Below, piece by piece: positions 53,670 through 63,211 of a DNA stretch of 64,000 bases. Origin of the DNA: Pseudomonadota bacterium (GTDB lineage: Bacteria; Pseudomonadota; Alphaproteobacteria; Rhodobacterales; Rhodobacteraceae); the NCBI GenBank assembly GCA_963205235.1, contig CAUJIP010000026.1, forward strand, positions 8,042 to 72,041, given 5' to 3'. The first letter of the stretch is position 1; every line of letters begins with the position of its first letter. The notes under the pieces were generated by a model, which saw only the letters and a program-made list of their open reading frames with translations, had not been told where the DNA came from and searched no databases. The position numbers were made by a program, and so were the translations under genes.

Positions 53670-53765
53670 GAGAGGCTGGACAACGACCCAAGTGGGGCTC
53701 GTTACGGCTGCTTCCTTCCGGACCTGACCGGGTTGGCGAGGCACCTGCCCGCGCCAACCTCTCGT
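53670..53765 (-). ncRNA. ffs: Signal recognition particle RNA (small 4.5S type)
   Basis: The minus strand reads ...GGUCAGGUCCGGAAGGAAGCAGCC..., identical to the conserved domain IV core as I recall it from E. coli 4.5S RNA. The termini GAGAGGUUGG and CCAGCCUCUC pair to close a hairpin of about 94 nt. Ends are accurate to about 3 nt. Confidence 0.85.
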
Positions 53766-53770
53766 CCGTC

Positions 53771-53799
53771 GATATAGGGGATCGGCCATCCCGGTGCAA
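53771..53799 (-). promoter_or_regulatory. Sigma70-like promoter for ffs
   Basis: Minus strand has TTGCAC (53799-53794), a 17-nt spacer and TATATC (53776-53771). This puts the start site about 7-8 nt upstream of the closing helix. Confidence 0.55.
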
Positions 53800-53878
53800 G
53801 AGTGTGCCGGGGATGATCCAGGTCATTGACTTCCTGACCCGGCTTGGCCTCGTCTGGGGAAAAGCGACGGAGGACTCC

Positions 53879-55246
53879 ATGGCACGCATCATCCGCATCG
53901 AATGGCCTGACAATGGCACGCCCGACCTGCCGCCAGCACTGACCCTGGCCGAGTGTGAGGCGCGTTTGGTGGCGCTGCGCAAGGCTATAGCGGCGCGCGG
54001 GTATGGGGCGATGGTCATTTATGGCGACCGGGAACATGCCGCGAATCTGCACTGGCTGACGGGCTTTGATCCCCGGTTTGAAGAGGCGGTCCTTCTGGTC
54101 ACGGCGGGCGATGCGCTTTTGCTGGCGGGGAATGAATGCCTTGCCTATACGGTGATCTCTCCTCTGGTTCAGGCGGGTCTGGTGCGAACGGGGCTTTGCG
54201 CCAGCCTGTCGTTGCCTTCGCAACCCAGAGGCGGGCGTCGGCTGGCCGATTGGCTGGGCGATCTGGTCAAGCCGGGGTCAACCGTGGGTGCGATAGGCTG
54301 GAAATGGTATGGCTTGGACGAGGTTGACGATCCTGCCACAGCCTTGGATATCCCGGCGTTTCTGGCCGATCCGCTGCGGCGTCTGGCCCGTCGGGTGGAA
54401 AACGCGACCGACATGCTGATGCATCCGGTCCACGGGCTGCGAACCCGTGTCGATGCGGCGGAAATCGCACGGCTGGAATTTGCCAACCACATGGCGGCGG
54501 CTGCGCTGAAACGGATGATCTTTGCACTGAAGCCGGGAATGACGGATTTCCAGGCTTTCGAGGCGGCGCGACTTGGGGGATTGCCGCTGGGGTGCCACGC
54601 CACCTTTGCCACTGGCGACGCTCCTGGCCTGTGCGGGCCGACAGGGCAACACCTTGCGATCGGAGAACCGATCGGGCTGAACATCTGCCATTGGGGGGCG
54701 AACATCTGTCGCGCCGGATGGCTGGCCCGCAGTGCCGACGACCTGCCGCGAGAGGTTCAGGACTATGCCGATGTCTTCGTCGCACCTTATGTTGCTGCGA
54801 TGTCCGACTGGTGCGGGCTGATGCGGCCGGGTGTTTCCGGCGGTGAAGTCTGGGCAAGAATGCGCAAGGCACTGCCCTTTGATCTGTTCGGGGTGACGCT
54901 GAATCCCGGTCACTTGATCGGGCTGGATGAATGGGTGTCCTCGCCGATCCGCGAAGGCTCGACCGATCCGATTGCCAGCGGGATGGCGATGCAGATGGAC
55001 GTGATCCCCGGCCACCCGGCCTATGGGTCAACCCGGATGGAAGATGGCTATGTGATTGCCGATACAGCCCTGCGGGCCGAGTTGAAGCGGGATTTCCCCG
55101 AGGTTGCGGCACGTTGCGAGGCAAGGGCGCATTTCATGCGGGATGTGGTGGGGATGACGGTACCCGACACGCTGCTGCCGCTGGCCGACACCTGCGGTAT
55201 CGTGGCACCCTACCTGCTGGACCCCGCACAGATCGTCGTTTGCTAG
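53879..55246 (+). CDS. Creatinase/aminopeptidase-P-like (M24 fold) hydrolase, specificity unknown
   Basis: Start trimmed to MARIIRIEW. N-terminal creatinase-like region (GYGAMVIYGDREHAANLHWLTGFDPRFEEAVLLV) and a C-terminal pita-bread-like region. I could not verify the metal ligands. Confidence 0.5.
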   Translation: MARIIRIEWPDNGTPDLPPALTLAECEARLVALRKAIAARGYGAMVIYGDREHAANLHWLTGFDPRFEEAVLLVTAGDALLLAGNECLAYTVISPLVQAGLVRTGLCASLSLPSQPRGGRRLADWLGDLVKPGSTVGAIGWKWYGLDEVDDPATALDIPAFLADPLRRLARRVENATDMLMHPVHGLRTRVDAAEIARLEFANHMAAAALKRMIFALKPGMTDFQAFEAARLGGLPLGCHATFATGDAPGLCGPTGQHLAIGEPIGLNICHWGANICRAGWLARSADDLPREVQDYADVFVAPYVAAMSDWCGLMRPGVSGGEVWARMRKALPFDLFGVTLNPGHLIGLDEWVSSPIREGSTDPIASGMAMQMDVIPGHPAYGSTRMEDGYVIADTALRAELKRDFPEVAARCEARAHFMRDVVGMTVPDTLLPLADTCGIVAPYLLDPAQIVVC

Positions 55247-55249
55247 GGC

Positions 55250-55876
55250 CTACAAAAGCCCCGCCAGCCGCGCGCCGGTCAAAAGGTCAGGGGCAACGTG
55301 GTGCGCCCAGCGGCCCCGGCTTGGCAGGATGTCGGGAACCTGCACCACCCGGCACCCCGCACGATGGGCGGCTTCGGCGCCGGTCTCGCTGTCTTCAAAC
55401 ACCAGACAACGGGCGGGCGACACCCCCAGCCGACGGGCGGCCAGAAGATAGGGCTCGGGGTCCGGCTTGGCCTTGGCGACATCATCGCGGGTGATGACCT
55501 CTGCAAAATGCGCCGCAAGCCCGGTGATGGAAAGCTTGTTGGCGGCACTTGAACGACCCGAAGAGGTGACGATGGCCGCGGGCTTGCGCAGCGCGGGCAG
55601 AAGTTTGGCAACCCCCGGCTTCAGTGGCACGCCATTGGCGACCTCCGCGTGGTAGTTGGCCCGGTAGCTTTCGGTCACGGCCACAAGGTCGATACCCGGA
55701 AATGCCCGCCGAAAAGCGGCATTGCTGGCTGTGTCGTCGCTTCCGATCAGGCTTTCGAAGAACGCGCGGCTGACCGAATGGCCATGTTCAGCAAACGCAG
55801 CCATCCCGGCCGTGATCGACAGGCTTTCGGTATCGACCAGCGTTCCGTCGAGATCAAAGAGAATGGCGTCATACAT
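55250..55876 (-). CDS. HAD family hydrolase (beta-phosphoglucomutase-like subfamily)
   Basis: Motif I AILFDLDGTLVDTE. Late motifs TSSGRS and LVFEDSETGAEAAHRAG. Confidence 0.8.
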   Translation of the reverse strand: MYDAILFDLDGTLVDTESLSITAGMAAFAEHGHSVSRAFFESLIGSDDTASNAAFRRAFPGIDLVAVTESYRANYHAEVANGVPLKPGVAKLLPALRKPAAIVTSSGRSSAANKLSITGLAAHFAEVITRDDVAKAKPDPEPYLLAARRLGVSPARCLVFEDSETGAEAAHRAGCRVVQVPDILPSRGRWAHHVAPDLLTGARLAGLL

Positions 55877-55915
55877 GGGGTTCGGCGGCCTTAGGGTTGC
55901 CGGGCCTATAGCCGA

Positions 55916-57865
55916 TCAGAGATGCAGCCGATAGTGCAGGAATCCCTGCGCGTCGCGCAGCAAGGGTTCGGGCCGCATTGCCGCGACATCGCCCAGCGCC
56001 TTGATCGCCCGTGTCCCCGTAGCGATGCGAACGCTTGTGCCGGGCATCGGCAGGAAGTGCCAGTTCCGGCGGGGCGGTGCCGCCACCAGCTCTTGCGCCC
56101 GAATGTATTCTGCAAGGATCGCCTGCACCCGGACACCATCCGACAGCACGACTTGCGGCCCGATGCCGCCCTGCAAGGCAATCCGGCTGGCGCGGTGGTT
56201 GTTCGTCACCAGAAGCAGCGGTTCCGCCAGATCAAGCAGACGACCGTTCAACGAAAGACCGACGATCCGCTGCGCCTCAGGATGGATCAAGGCACCCCCG
56301 ACATCAAACCGCGCGGGCTGGCTAAGGTCGATGGCATAGTCGAGCCCGGGGATGCAGTCGAAGGAAAAGGCCGGGGCATCGAGGTTATGCAGCGGCGCAT
56401 CGCTTTCGCCGGGCTGAATCTGGCGGAAGATCGTCGCCGACCTTTCCAGCCGGTCGGCCACGTCGGCAGCGGTCAGCGCCAGCGTGACCACCGCGTTGGG
56501 AAAGGGATAAAGCCCTGACAGATCACGCATTCGGAACGGGCCTGCGGAAATATCGGTAAAGTTTTCAGGGCCACCAAGTCCACCAGCGCGGAACGGCGTC
56601 ACGGACGCCAGAACCGGCAGCGAAGCAAGCGCCGTTCCAGCCAAGGCGCGGCGCACATGGTCGACCTTTGCCGCCGCAATCAGCTCGATTGCCGCTGTCG
56701 GAGCGACGGTGGCGAAGTAGGTCGTCAGCGGCACCCGCGATTGGCCAAGACTGCGCCGCGACCACGCCAGTGTCGCACGGTGATCCGAAACAATTGCACG
56801 TTGGAACTGCGGCACCACGGGCGCCACCTCGGTTGATCGCGCATTCAGACGCACCTCGCGGTCGATGATCCGCCATTTCCGGTTTTCAAGGCCGGTCCGG
56901 GCCAGCTGAAGGTCGATGATCCCGATATGGCTGCCGGAATGACCCGGCATCACTGCCGGTTTGCCTGCCAGACACCCCAGAACCGGATCAACGCCGGGAA
57001 GGCCGGAAAATCCAGGGCCGGGAAAGATCTGATGGCTATGTCCTGCAATCACCGCGTCGACTTCGGGCAGGGCCGCAAGGGCAGTCGCCGCATTCTCGGT
57101 GCCGTCTTCCGCCTCGAGCGACCCGATGCCGGAATGGACAAGGGCCAAGATCACATCCGCTCCGGTGGCCTTCAGCTTTGGCAACCAGTCCCGCGCGGCC
57201 GACAGAATGTCGCGCATGCGAATCCGGCCTTCCAGACGATCCTTCACCCAAACCTCGATCTGCGGCGGCGCAAAGCCGATCACGCCAACCCGCAGGCTGT
57301 GCTTGCGCCCATGCTGGTCGACGAACCGCCGCCGCAACAGCGCAAAGGGCGGCACAAATGTCCGGTCCCGGCTGGGGGTCTTGCCCAGGCGGGTTGCCAC
57401 GTTGGCCGAGATGATCGGAAACCTGGCCTGCGAAATCGACTTCGTCAGAAAGCCAAGCCCATAGTCAAAGTCATGATTTCCCAAAGTCACGGCGTCATAG
57501 CCAAGCGTGTTGAAGGCCGTAATCACCGGATGCGCCCGCCGCCGACGTTCGACACTGGCGACAAAATCGGCCAGCGGACTGCCTTGCAGGAAGTCGCCAT
57601 TGTCAAACAACATGCTGTTTGGCGCTTCGGTCCGGGCAGCCACGATCTGACGCGCAATCTCGCCCAGACCCCGACCGGCTGCTGGTCGATTGGCACAATA
57701 GTCATAGGGCAAAAGGCAGGCGTGAAGGTCACTTGTCGCGATGAAACGAAGCTTGATAACAGGGTTTTCAGCGGGGATGCCATCGGCAATGTCCCGAGCC
57801 TCGGCAGGTGGAAAGACCTGAGTGGCGGAAAGCGGCCAAGTCTTGGATGCGCCTGGAAGTGACAA
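55916..57865 (-). CDS. Bifunctional 2',3'-cyclic-nucleotide phosphodiesterase / 3'- or 5'-nucleotidase family metallophosphoesterase (CpdB/UshA-like)
   Basis: Metallophosphatase motifs TSDLHA, DNGDFLQGS, GNHDFD and the His-containing stretch ILALVHSGIG, plus a C-terminal nucleotidase domain. No obvious signal peptide; start uncertain. Confidence 0.75.
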   Translation of the reverse strand: MSLPGASKTWPLSATQVFPPAEARDIADGIPAENPVIKLRFIATSDLHACLLPYDYCANRPAAGRGLGEIARQIVAARTEAPNSMLFDNGDFLQGSPLADFVASVERRRRAHPVITAFNTLGYDAVTLGNHDFDYGLGFLTKSISQARFPIISANVATRLGKTPSRDRTFVPPFALLRRRFVDQHGRKHSLRVGVIGFAPPQIEVWVKDRLEGRIRMRDILSAARDWLPKLKATGADVILALVHSGIGSLEAEDGTENAATALAALPEVDAVIAGHSHQIFPGPGFSGLPGVDPVLGCLAGKPAVMPGHSGSHIGIIDLQLARTGLENRKWRIIDREVRLNARSTEVAPVVPQFQRAIVSDHRATLAWSRRSLGQSRVPLTTYFATVAPTAAIELIAAAKVDHVRRALAGTALASLPVLASVTPFRAGGLGGPENFTDISAGPFRMRDLSGLYPFPNAVVTLALTAADVADRLERSATIFRQIQPGESDAPLHNLDAPAFSFDCIPGLDYAIDLSQPARFDVGGALIHPEAQRIVGLSLNGRLLDLAEPLLLVTNNHRASRIALQGGIGPQVVLSDGVRVQAILAEYIRAQELVAAPPRRNWHFLPMPGTSVRIATGTRAIKALGDVAAMRPEPLLRDAQGFLHYRLHL

Positions 57866-58053
57866 TTCCGTCCGGTCCTTTCAATAGCGCGAAAACTGCG
57901 CGACACGGTCCCAAACCGCGAAAAGAAACTGGCATCGAATCAAGGTGTTAACAGTTTCTCACTACCGCAAGAGTTGTGGATTATCAATGACTTTCTCGCG
58001 AGGGACTATGCAGTTGCAACAATCGGAACTCGCCTTGGAAACGGCCAGGCGGA

Positions 58054-58116
58054 ATTGGCGTGATTGAATCGTATTCCTCAACACTTTCCTGTTGCGATCC
58101 CCTCATTGGCGTGATT
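58054..58116. repeat. 12-bp direct repeat ATTGGCGTGATT (two copies) upstream of nudC
   Basis: Copies at 58054-58065 and 58105-58116, 51 bp start to start. Both are followed shortly by AATCG. Confidence 0.6.
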
Positions 58117-58158
58117 CCTGAAATCGGCGCGGACAGGCTTTTTAGCGGGTGAGAGAAA

Positions 58159-59109
58159 ATGCAGATTGCAGAGACTGTCACTTTCGGTGGTTCCGGTCTT
58201 GATCGGGCCGCCCAGATCAGGCGCGATCCGGTAGCGCTGGACGATGCCCTGGCGCGGGGGCTGGTGCTTCCCCTCTGGCGTGGCAAGCCGCTTAGCGATG
58301 GCTCTGCCTTGGTCTGGCTGCCCGCCGGACACCCCGCGCTGGCCGAAGGCCTGACGCCGATCTTCCTGGGGTTTGACGGTGATACCCCGCAGTTTGCGAC
58401 CGACATATCCGGCTGGACCCTCGATCCGGGATCGGAGCCCGTTGTCGGCGGATTTTCCGATCCTTCTGTCCAGATCCATCCTGCCATTGGCGACGCCGCG
58501 GGCTTTGTTGAACTGCGCGGGATCATGGCTCGTCTCACCCCGCGTGAGGCCGAGTTGGTCGCCACGGCGAAGGCGCTCTTGTCCTGGCACCAAAGCCACC
58601 GCTTCTGCGCGGCATGTGGTGCCCGATCCGACATGGTGCATGGCGGCTGGCAAAGAAGCTGCCCCTCCTGCGGTGCCCAGCACTTTCCCCGCACCGATCC
58701 TGTGGTCATCATGCTGGTCACCCATGGCAACGCGGTTCTCCTTGGCCGCAGCCCCGGCTGGCCCGAAGGCATGTTTTCCCTGCTTGCGGGCTTCATGGAG
58801 CCGGGGGAGACCATCGAAGCCGCTGTCCGACGCGAGGTCTTCGAGGAAACAGGCGTTCGCTGCCTTGGGGTGGACTATCTTGCCAGCCAGCCATGGCCCT
58901 TCCCGGCCTCGCTGATGATCGGCGCCCGGACCGAGGCCGCAGCCCGCGAGATCACGCTTGATCCGGTTGAACTGGAAGCCGCGCGCTGGGTGACGCGCGA
59001 AGACCTGGTTTCGGTCATCGCGGGTCTCCATCCCGAGATTCGGCCCTTCCGCAACGGTGCAATTGCCGAATTCATCCTGCGCAACTGGCTTGCCGACCGG
59101 CTGGATTGA
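58159..59109 (+). CDS. nudC: NAD(+) diphosphatase (Nudix)
   Basis: Zinc ribbon CAACGAR...CPSCGAQHFPRTDP. Nudix box GFMEPGETIEAAVRREVFEETGV. Confidence 0.9.
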   Translation: MQIAETVTFGGSGLDRAAQIRRDPVALDDALARGLVLPLWRGKPLSDGSALVWLPAGHPALAEGLTPIFLGFDGDTPQFATDISGWTLDPGSEPVVGGFSDPSVQIHPAIGDAAGFVELRGIMARLTPREAELVATAKALLSWHQSHRFCAACGARSDMVHGGWQRSCPSCGAQHFPRTDPVVIMLVTHGNAVLLGRSPGWPEGMFSLLAGFMEPGETIEAAVRREVFEETGVRCLGVDYLASQPWPFPASLMIGARTEAAAREITLDPVELEAARWVTREDLVSVIAGLHPEIRPFRNGAIAEFILRNWLADRLD

Positions 59110-59158
59110 CCCCATGTTGCCGGGCAAAATGTAAAGACCGAACAGCTCTGGAGCGGAA

Positions 59159-59629
59159 ATGAAACTGACGGCCAAGACCGACCTTGATGCACCGATCAGC
59201 TTTGTGTTCGAGTGTCTGTCTGACCATCCCACCTGGGAACGCGAAGCGGCCGAGCGCGGGATCGACGTGGAACGCCCCGCCGACATGCCGACAACGGGGC
59301 TTGGGGCTGGCTGGCTTATCCGGTTGCCCTATCGCGGCAAGTTGGTGAAGATCCTGCTGCGCATGACCAGCATGGCTCGGGACCAGGACCTGGGCTTTGA
59401 CTATCAATCGAATTCCATCGAAGGCGACCTTGACCTGTCAGTGATGTCGCTATCGCCGCGCCGCACAAGGCTGCACCTGACCATCGATATCAGGCCCAGA
59501 ACCCTGGCTGCACGGTTGTTTCTGAACACGCTTCGCCTGGGTCGGGGGCGCGTGCAGTCACGCCTTGACATGCGAGTGCAGCAGATGGGCATGCAGATCC
59601 AGAACCGCTATGCCAGGGCGCAGCGCTAG
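59159..59629 (+). CDS. SRPBCC-fold hypothetical protein
   Basis: 156 aa starting MKLTAKTDLDAPISFVFECLSDHPTWE.... The fold call is tentative. Confidence 0.55.
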   Translation: MKLTAKTDLDAPISFVFECLSDHPTWEREAAERGIDVERPADMPTTGLGAGWLIRLPYRGKLVKILLRMTSMARDQDLGFDYQSNSIEGDLDLSVMSLSPRRTRLHLTIDIRPRTLAARLFLNTLRLGRGRVQSRLDMRVQQMGMQIQNRYARAQR

Positions 59630-59638
59630 ACTTGCGCC

Positions 59639-60472
59639 TTAGCCGCGTTCGCGGTCCGCTGGATAGACGCCAAGGATTCGGCGTTCGGTGGTGAAGTACC
59701 CCAGTTCCTCCAGCGCCAGCGCGACGTTCGGGTCTTCGGGGTGGCCTTCGATATCGGCATAGAACTCGGTCGCGGTGAACGTGCCGCCGACCATATAGCT
59801 TTCCAGCTTGGTCATGTTGACGCCGTTGGTCGCGAACCCGCCCAGTGCCTTGTAAAGCGCCGCCGGAATGTTGCGGACGCGGAAAGTAAAGGTGGTGATC
59901 ATCTTGCCCACGCCGCGACGACGGTGGTCCGGCTCACGCGACATGACAAGGAAGCGGGTGGTGTTGTTGGCGTGATCCTCGATATGGCGGGCCAGCACGT
60001 CCAGGCCATAGATGGATGCGGCAAGCTCGCTGGCCAGGGCTGCACGGCTTTTGTCGCCGGCCTCGGCCACTTCGCGGGCGGCGCGGGCGTTGTCGGAACT
60101 TACCTTGCCGCGAATGTCATGCACCTTCAGAAAACCTGCGCATTGCGGCAGGATCACCACATGGCCATGGGCTTCGCGCACATCGGAAACTTTGGCACCC
60201 GGTACGCCAAGCAGGTTTACATGCACCCGGACGAAGGCTTCGTCCACGATATGCAGCCCTGATTTCGGCAACAGCGAATGCACATCGGCCACACGGCCAT
60301 AGGTCGAATTTTCCACCGCCAACATGCCAAGATCGACCTCGCCACGCGCGACCTTGTCGACGACTTCTTCGAACGTGGTGCTGGGAACGGCCTCGAATTC
60401 CGGACGGGACTGTTGGCAGGCCTGGTGCGAATAGGCACCAAGTTCCCCCTGAAATGCGATACGACCTGCCAT
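59639..60472 (-). CDS. pheA: Prephenate dehydratase
   Basis: RIAFQGELGAYSHQA and NTTRFLVMSRE motifs with a C-terminal ACT domain. 277 aa. Confidence 0.9.
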   Translation of the reverse strand: MAGRIAFQGELGAYSHQACQQSRPEFEAVPSTTFEEVVDKVARGEVDLGMLAVENSTYGRVADVHSLLPKSGLHIVDEAFVRVHVNLLGVPGAKVSDVREAHGHVVILPQCAGFLKVHDIRGKVSSDNARAAREVAEAGDKSRAALASELAASIYGLDVLARHIEDHANNTTRFLVMSREPDHRRRGVGKMITTFTFRVRNIPAALYKALGGFATNGVNMTKLESYMVGGTFTATEFYADIEGHPEDPNVALALEELGYFTTERRILGVYPADRERG

Positions 60473-60593
60473 TTCCGGTCACTCCCTGACGAAAACCTGC
60501 CCTTAGGGGCGCTTGTTCGCGCGTCTACACCTTGAAACCTGACTGTGGAAGCGGATAGATACCGCCCGGAATGAGACCCCAGATAGGTGAACC

Positions 60594-61124
60594 ATGTTCG
60601 ACACGATGACGACGACCAAGGCAGTGGGCGCGGTTTGCGGTTCGCTTCTGGTGTTCATGCTGGTGGGCTGGGCGGGAACTTCGCTTTATCACGTCGGCGC
60701 CAGTGAACATGGGCAAGCCGAAGGTGAGGCACCCGCGCAGGCCTATAAGATCGACACCGGCGAAGAAGCCACAGGCGAAGCGGAAGCCGAGACGATCGAC
60801 GTCGCAGCCCTTCTTGCTGCGGGTGATGCTGCCGCTGGCGAGGCCGTGTTCAAGAAATGTGGTTCCTGCCACAAGCTGGACGGCAACGATGCCGTCGGGC
60901 CGCATCTGAATGGCGTGGTCGGGCGCAACCACGGCTCGGTCGCGGGCTTTGGCTATTCCGAGGCCATGGCCGCCAAGGCCGCCGAGCCCTGGACTCCGGA
61001 AGCGCTGTTCGCCTTCCTTGAAAACCCGAAGCAAGCCATTCCGGGCACCAAGATGGCCTTCAACGGCCTGCCCAAGCCCGAAGATCGCGCGAACCTGATC
61101 GCGTACCTGGCAACCAAGCAATAA
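60594..61124 (+). CDS. Membrane-anchored class I cytochrome c (CycM-like)
   Basis: N-terminal TM segment [19 protein letters not shown], an acidic linker, heme site CGSCHK and distal Met in PGTKMAF. Confidence 0.85.
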   Translation: MFDTMTTTKAVGAVCGSLLVFMLVGWAGTSLYHVGASEHGQAEGEAPAQAYKIDTGEEATGEAEAETIDVAALLAAGDAAAGEAVFKKCGSCHKLDGNDAVGPHLNGVVGRNHGSVAGFGYSEAMAAKAAEPWTPEALFAFLENPKQAIPGTKMAFNGLPKPEDRANLIAYLATKQ

Positions 61125-61151
61125 GATCCAACGCCCGTTGGGAACCGACAG

Positions 61152-61179
61152 GGCCGCCTTGGGGCGGCCTTGTTTTTTC
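61152..61179 (+). terminator. Rho-independent terminator
   Basis: ggccgcc-ttgg-ggcggcc followed by ttgtttttt. Confidence 0.8.
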
Positions 61180-61282
61180 GCGCCTCACGGAAATGCGCAG
61201 TACATTCGTGGCTTCGCGGCTCGACAAAGGCTGAATTAGCATCAAAGTATAAGAAATTCGGAACCAGGAGGGAGGTTTGCTG

Positions 61283-63193
61283 ATGCGCAAAGACAAGGGA
61301 GCGATGGCCCGGGCAAAGGTTGCAGAGCGGCGGTTCGCGCCGATCCTGGCGACCGGGGCACTGATCCTTGGTCTGGCCGCACTGGCCCTGCCCGCCCGAA
61401 GCGAAACAGTCATCACCGCGCACGGCATTTCCACCTTCGGTGATCTTCAGCTTTCCGCCGACTTCACCCACTTGCCCTATGTGAAACCCGATGCCCCCAA
61501 AGGCGGCGAGCTGTCGCAATGGGCGCAGGGCACCTTTGATTCGCTCAACCCCTTTTCGATCAAGGGCATTGCCGCTGTCGGATCAAGCACCATGCTGGAA
61601 ACGATCCTGACTGGTACGCTGGACGAAATCGGCGCCAGCTACTGCCTGCTTTGCAGCACGATGGAATTCCCCGAGGACCGGTCCTGGGTGATCTTCAACC
61701 TGCGCCCCGAAGTCACCTTTTCGGACGGCACCCCCCTGACCGCCGACGACGTGCTGTTTTCCTATGAAACCTTCCGCGACAAGGGCCTGACCGATTTTCG
61801 CACGATCTTCAGCCAGCAGGTCGCCGGGGCCGAGGTTCTGGATGCGCACCGGATCAAGTTCACCTTTGTCCCCGGCGAGCCGACGCGCGATCTGCCCGAA
61901 CTGGTGGGTGGCCTGCCGATCTTTTCCAAGGCCCACTACCTGGCCAATGGGCTGAACATGGAAGAGATTTCGACCACGCCCTATCTTGGCTCTGGCCCCT
62001 ATGTCTTTGACAAGATGGACATCGGTCGCAGCGTCACCTACCGGCGCAACCCCGACTACTGGGGCGCGACACTGCCGATCAACGTCGGGCAGAACAACTT
62101 TGACACCCTGCGCTATGAATATTTTGCCGATGGCAATTCCGCGTTCGAGGCGTTCAAGGCGGGCGTCTACCGGTTCCGGACCGAAACCTCGTCCAAGTCC
62201 TGGGCCGAACAGTATGACTTTCCCGCCATTGCCGCCGGTCATGTGAAGAAGGACACGCTGCCAAGCGGTGCCAAGGCCAGCGGTCAGGGCTATATCTTCA
62301 ACCTGCGCCGCCCGATGCTGCAAGACCCGAAGGTTCGGCAGGCAATCGGACTGATGTTCAACTTTGAATGGTCGAACAAGACGCTGTTCTACGGGCTTTA
62401 CACCCGGATCAACTCGGTCTGGGAAAACAGCTGGCTTGCCGCCGAAGGCACGCCCTCACCCGAAGAGGTCGCGGTCCTGCAGCCCCTGGTCGATCAGGGC
62501 CTGCTGCCCGCCACGGTCCTGACCGACCCCGCCGTCATGGCCCCGACAAGTGGCGAGCGCCAGCTTGACCGCAAGAACCTTAAAGCCGCCAGCGCCCTTT
62601 TGGACGAGGCGGGCTGGATGGCCGGGGATGACGGTATCCGGCGCAACGATAAGGGCGAGACGCTGACCCTCTCGATCCTGAACGACAATCCGCAGTTTGA
62701 CCGGGTGATCACGCCCTTTGTCGAAAACCTGATTGCCCTTGGCATCGACGCCAAGCTTGAGAACGTCGATACCGCCCAGTACGAACTGCGCACGCGCGAC
62801 CCCGCTTATGATTTCGATCTGATCGTCGGTTCGGCGCGGTCCAGCTATTTCTCGGGCTCCGAGTTGAAGCAGTTCTACGGGTCTGAAACCGCCGATGTCT
62901 CGGCCTTCAACGTCGCGGGGCTGAAAAGCAAGGCCGTCGACCAGTTGATCGAGGTGGTGATGGCCGCCAAGACCAAGGACGAACTGACCGTCGCCACCAA
63001 GGCGCTTGACCGTGTGCTGCGGGCCGAGGGGTTCTGGATTCCGCAATGGTACAAGGCGGAACATTGGGTCGCCTATTATGACATGTACAGTCATCCCGAC
63101 ACGATCCCGGACTATGGCCTTGGACATGAAAGCCTCTGGTGGTACGACGCGGCCAAGGCCGATGCGCTCAAGGCTGCTGGGGTCCTTCAATAA
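61283..63193 (+). CDS. yejA: Family 5 extracellular solute-binding protein of a YejABEF-type peptide / microcin C ABC importer
   Basis: ATG preceded by aggagggagg. Signal peptide. HGISTFGDLQ...YVKPDAPKGGEL is typical of YejA-like SBPs. The symbol is by analogy. Confidence 0.8.
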   Translation: MRKDKGAMARAKVAERRFAPILATGALILGLAALALPARSETVITAHGISTFGDLQLSADFTHLPYVKPDAPKGGELSQWAQGTFDSLNPFSIKGIAAVGSSTMLETILTGTLDEIGASYCLLCSTMEFPEDRSWVIFNLRPEVTFSDGTPLTADDVLFSYETFRDKGLTDFRTIFSQQVAGAEVLDAHRIKFTFVPGEPTRDLPELVGGLPIFSKAHYLANGLNMEEISTTPYLGSGPYVFDKMDIGRSVTYRRNPDYWGATLPINVGQNNFDTLRYEYFADGNSAFEAFKAGVYRFRTETSSKSWAEQYDFPAIAAGHVKKDTLPSGAKASGQGYIFNLRRPMLQDPKVRQAIGLMFNFEWSNKTLFYGLYTRINSVWENSWLAAEGTPSPEEVAVLQPLVDQGLLPATVLTDPAVMAPTSGERQLDRKNLKAASALLDEAGWMAGDDGIRRNDKGETLTLSILNDNPQFDRVITPFVENLIALGIDAKLENVDTAQYELRTRDPAYDFDLIVGSARSSYFSGSELKQFYGSETADVSAFNVAGLKSKAVDQLIEVVMAAKTKDELTVATKALDRVLRAEGFWIPQWYKAEHWVAYYDMYSHPDTIPDYGLGHESLWWYDAAKADALKAAGVLQ

Positions 63194-63211
63194 CAGTGAT
63201 CGGGCAGGGAC

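Noticed and set aside
53496-53878. Riboswitch or leader in the long rsgA / M24-like gene gap
   Set aside because: The structured, conserved-looking part is explained by the minus-strand SRP RNA and its promoter. I saw no B12-box or other riboswitch core I recognise in the remainder.
57987-58067. 26-codon ORF (MTFSRGTMQLQQSELALETARRNWRD) in the nudC upstream region
   Set aside because: No Shine-Dalgarno sequence, codon usage unlike neighbouring genes, and too short to evaluate. Kept only as a note inside the intergenic-region finding.
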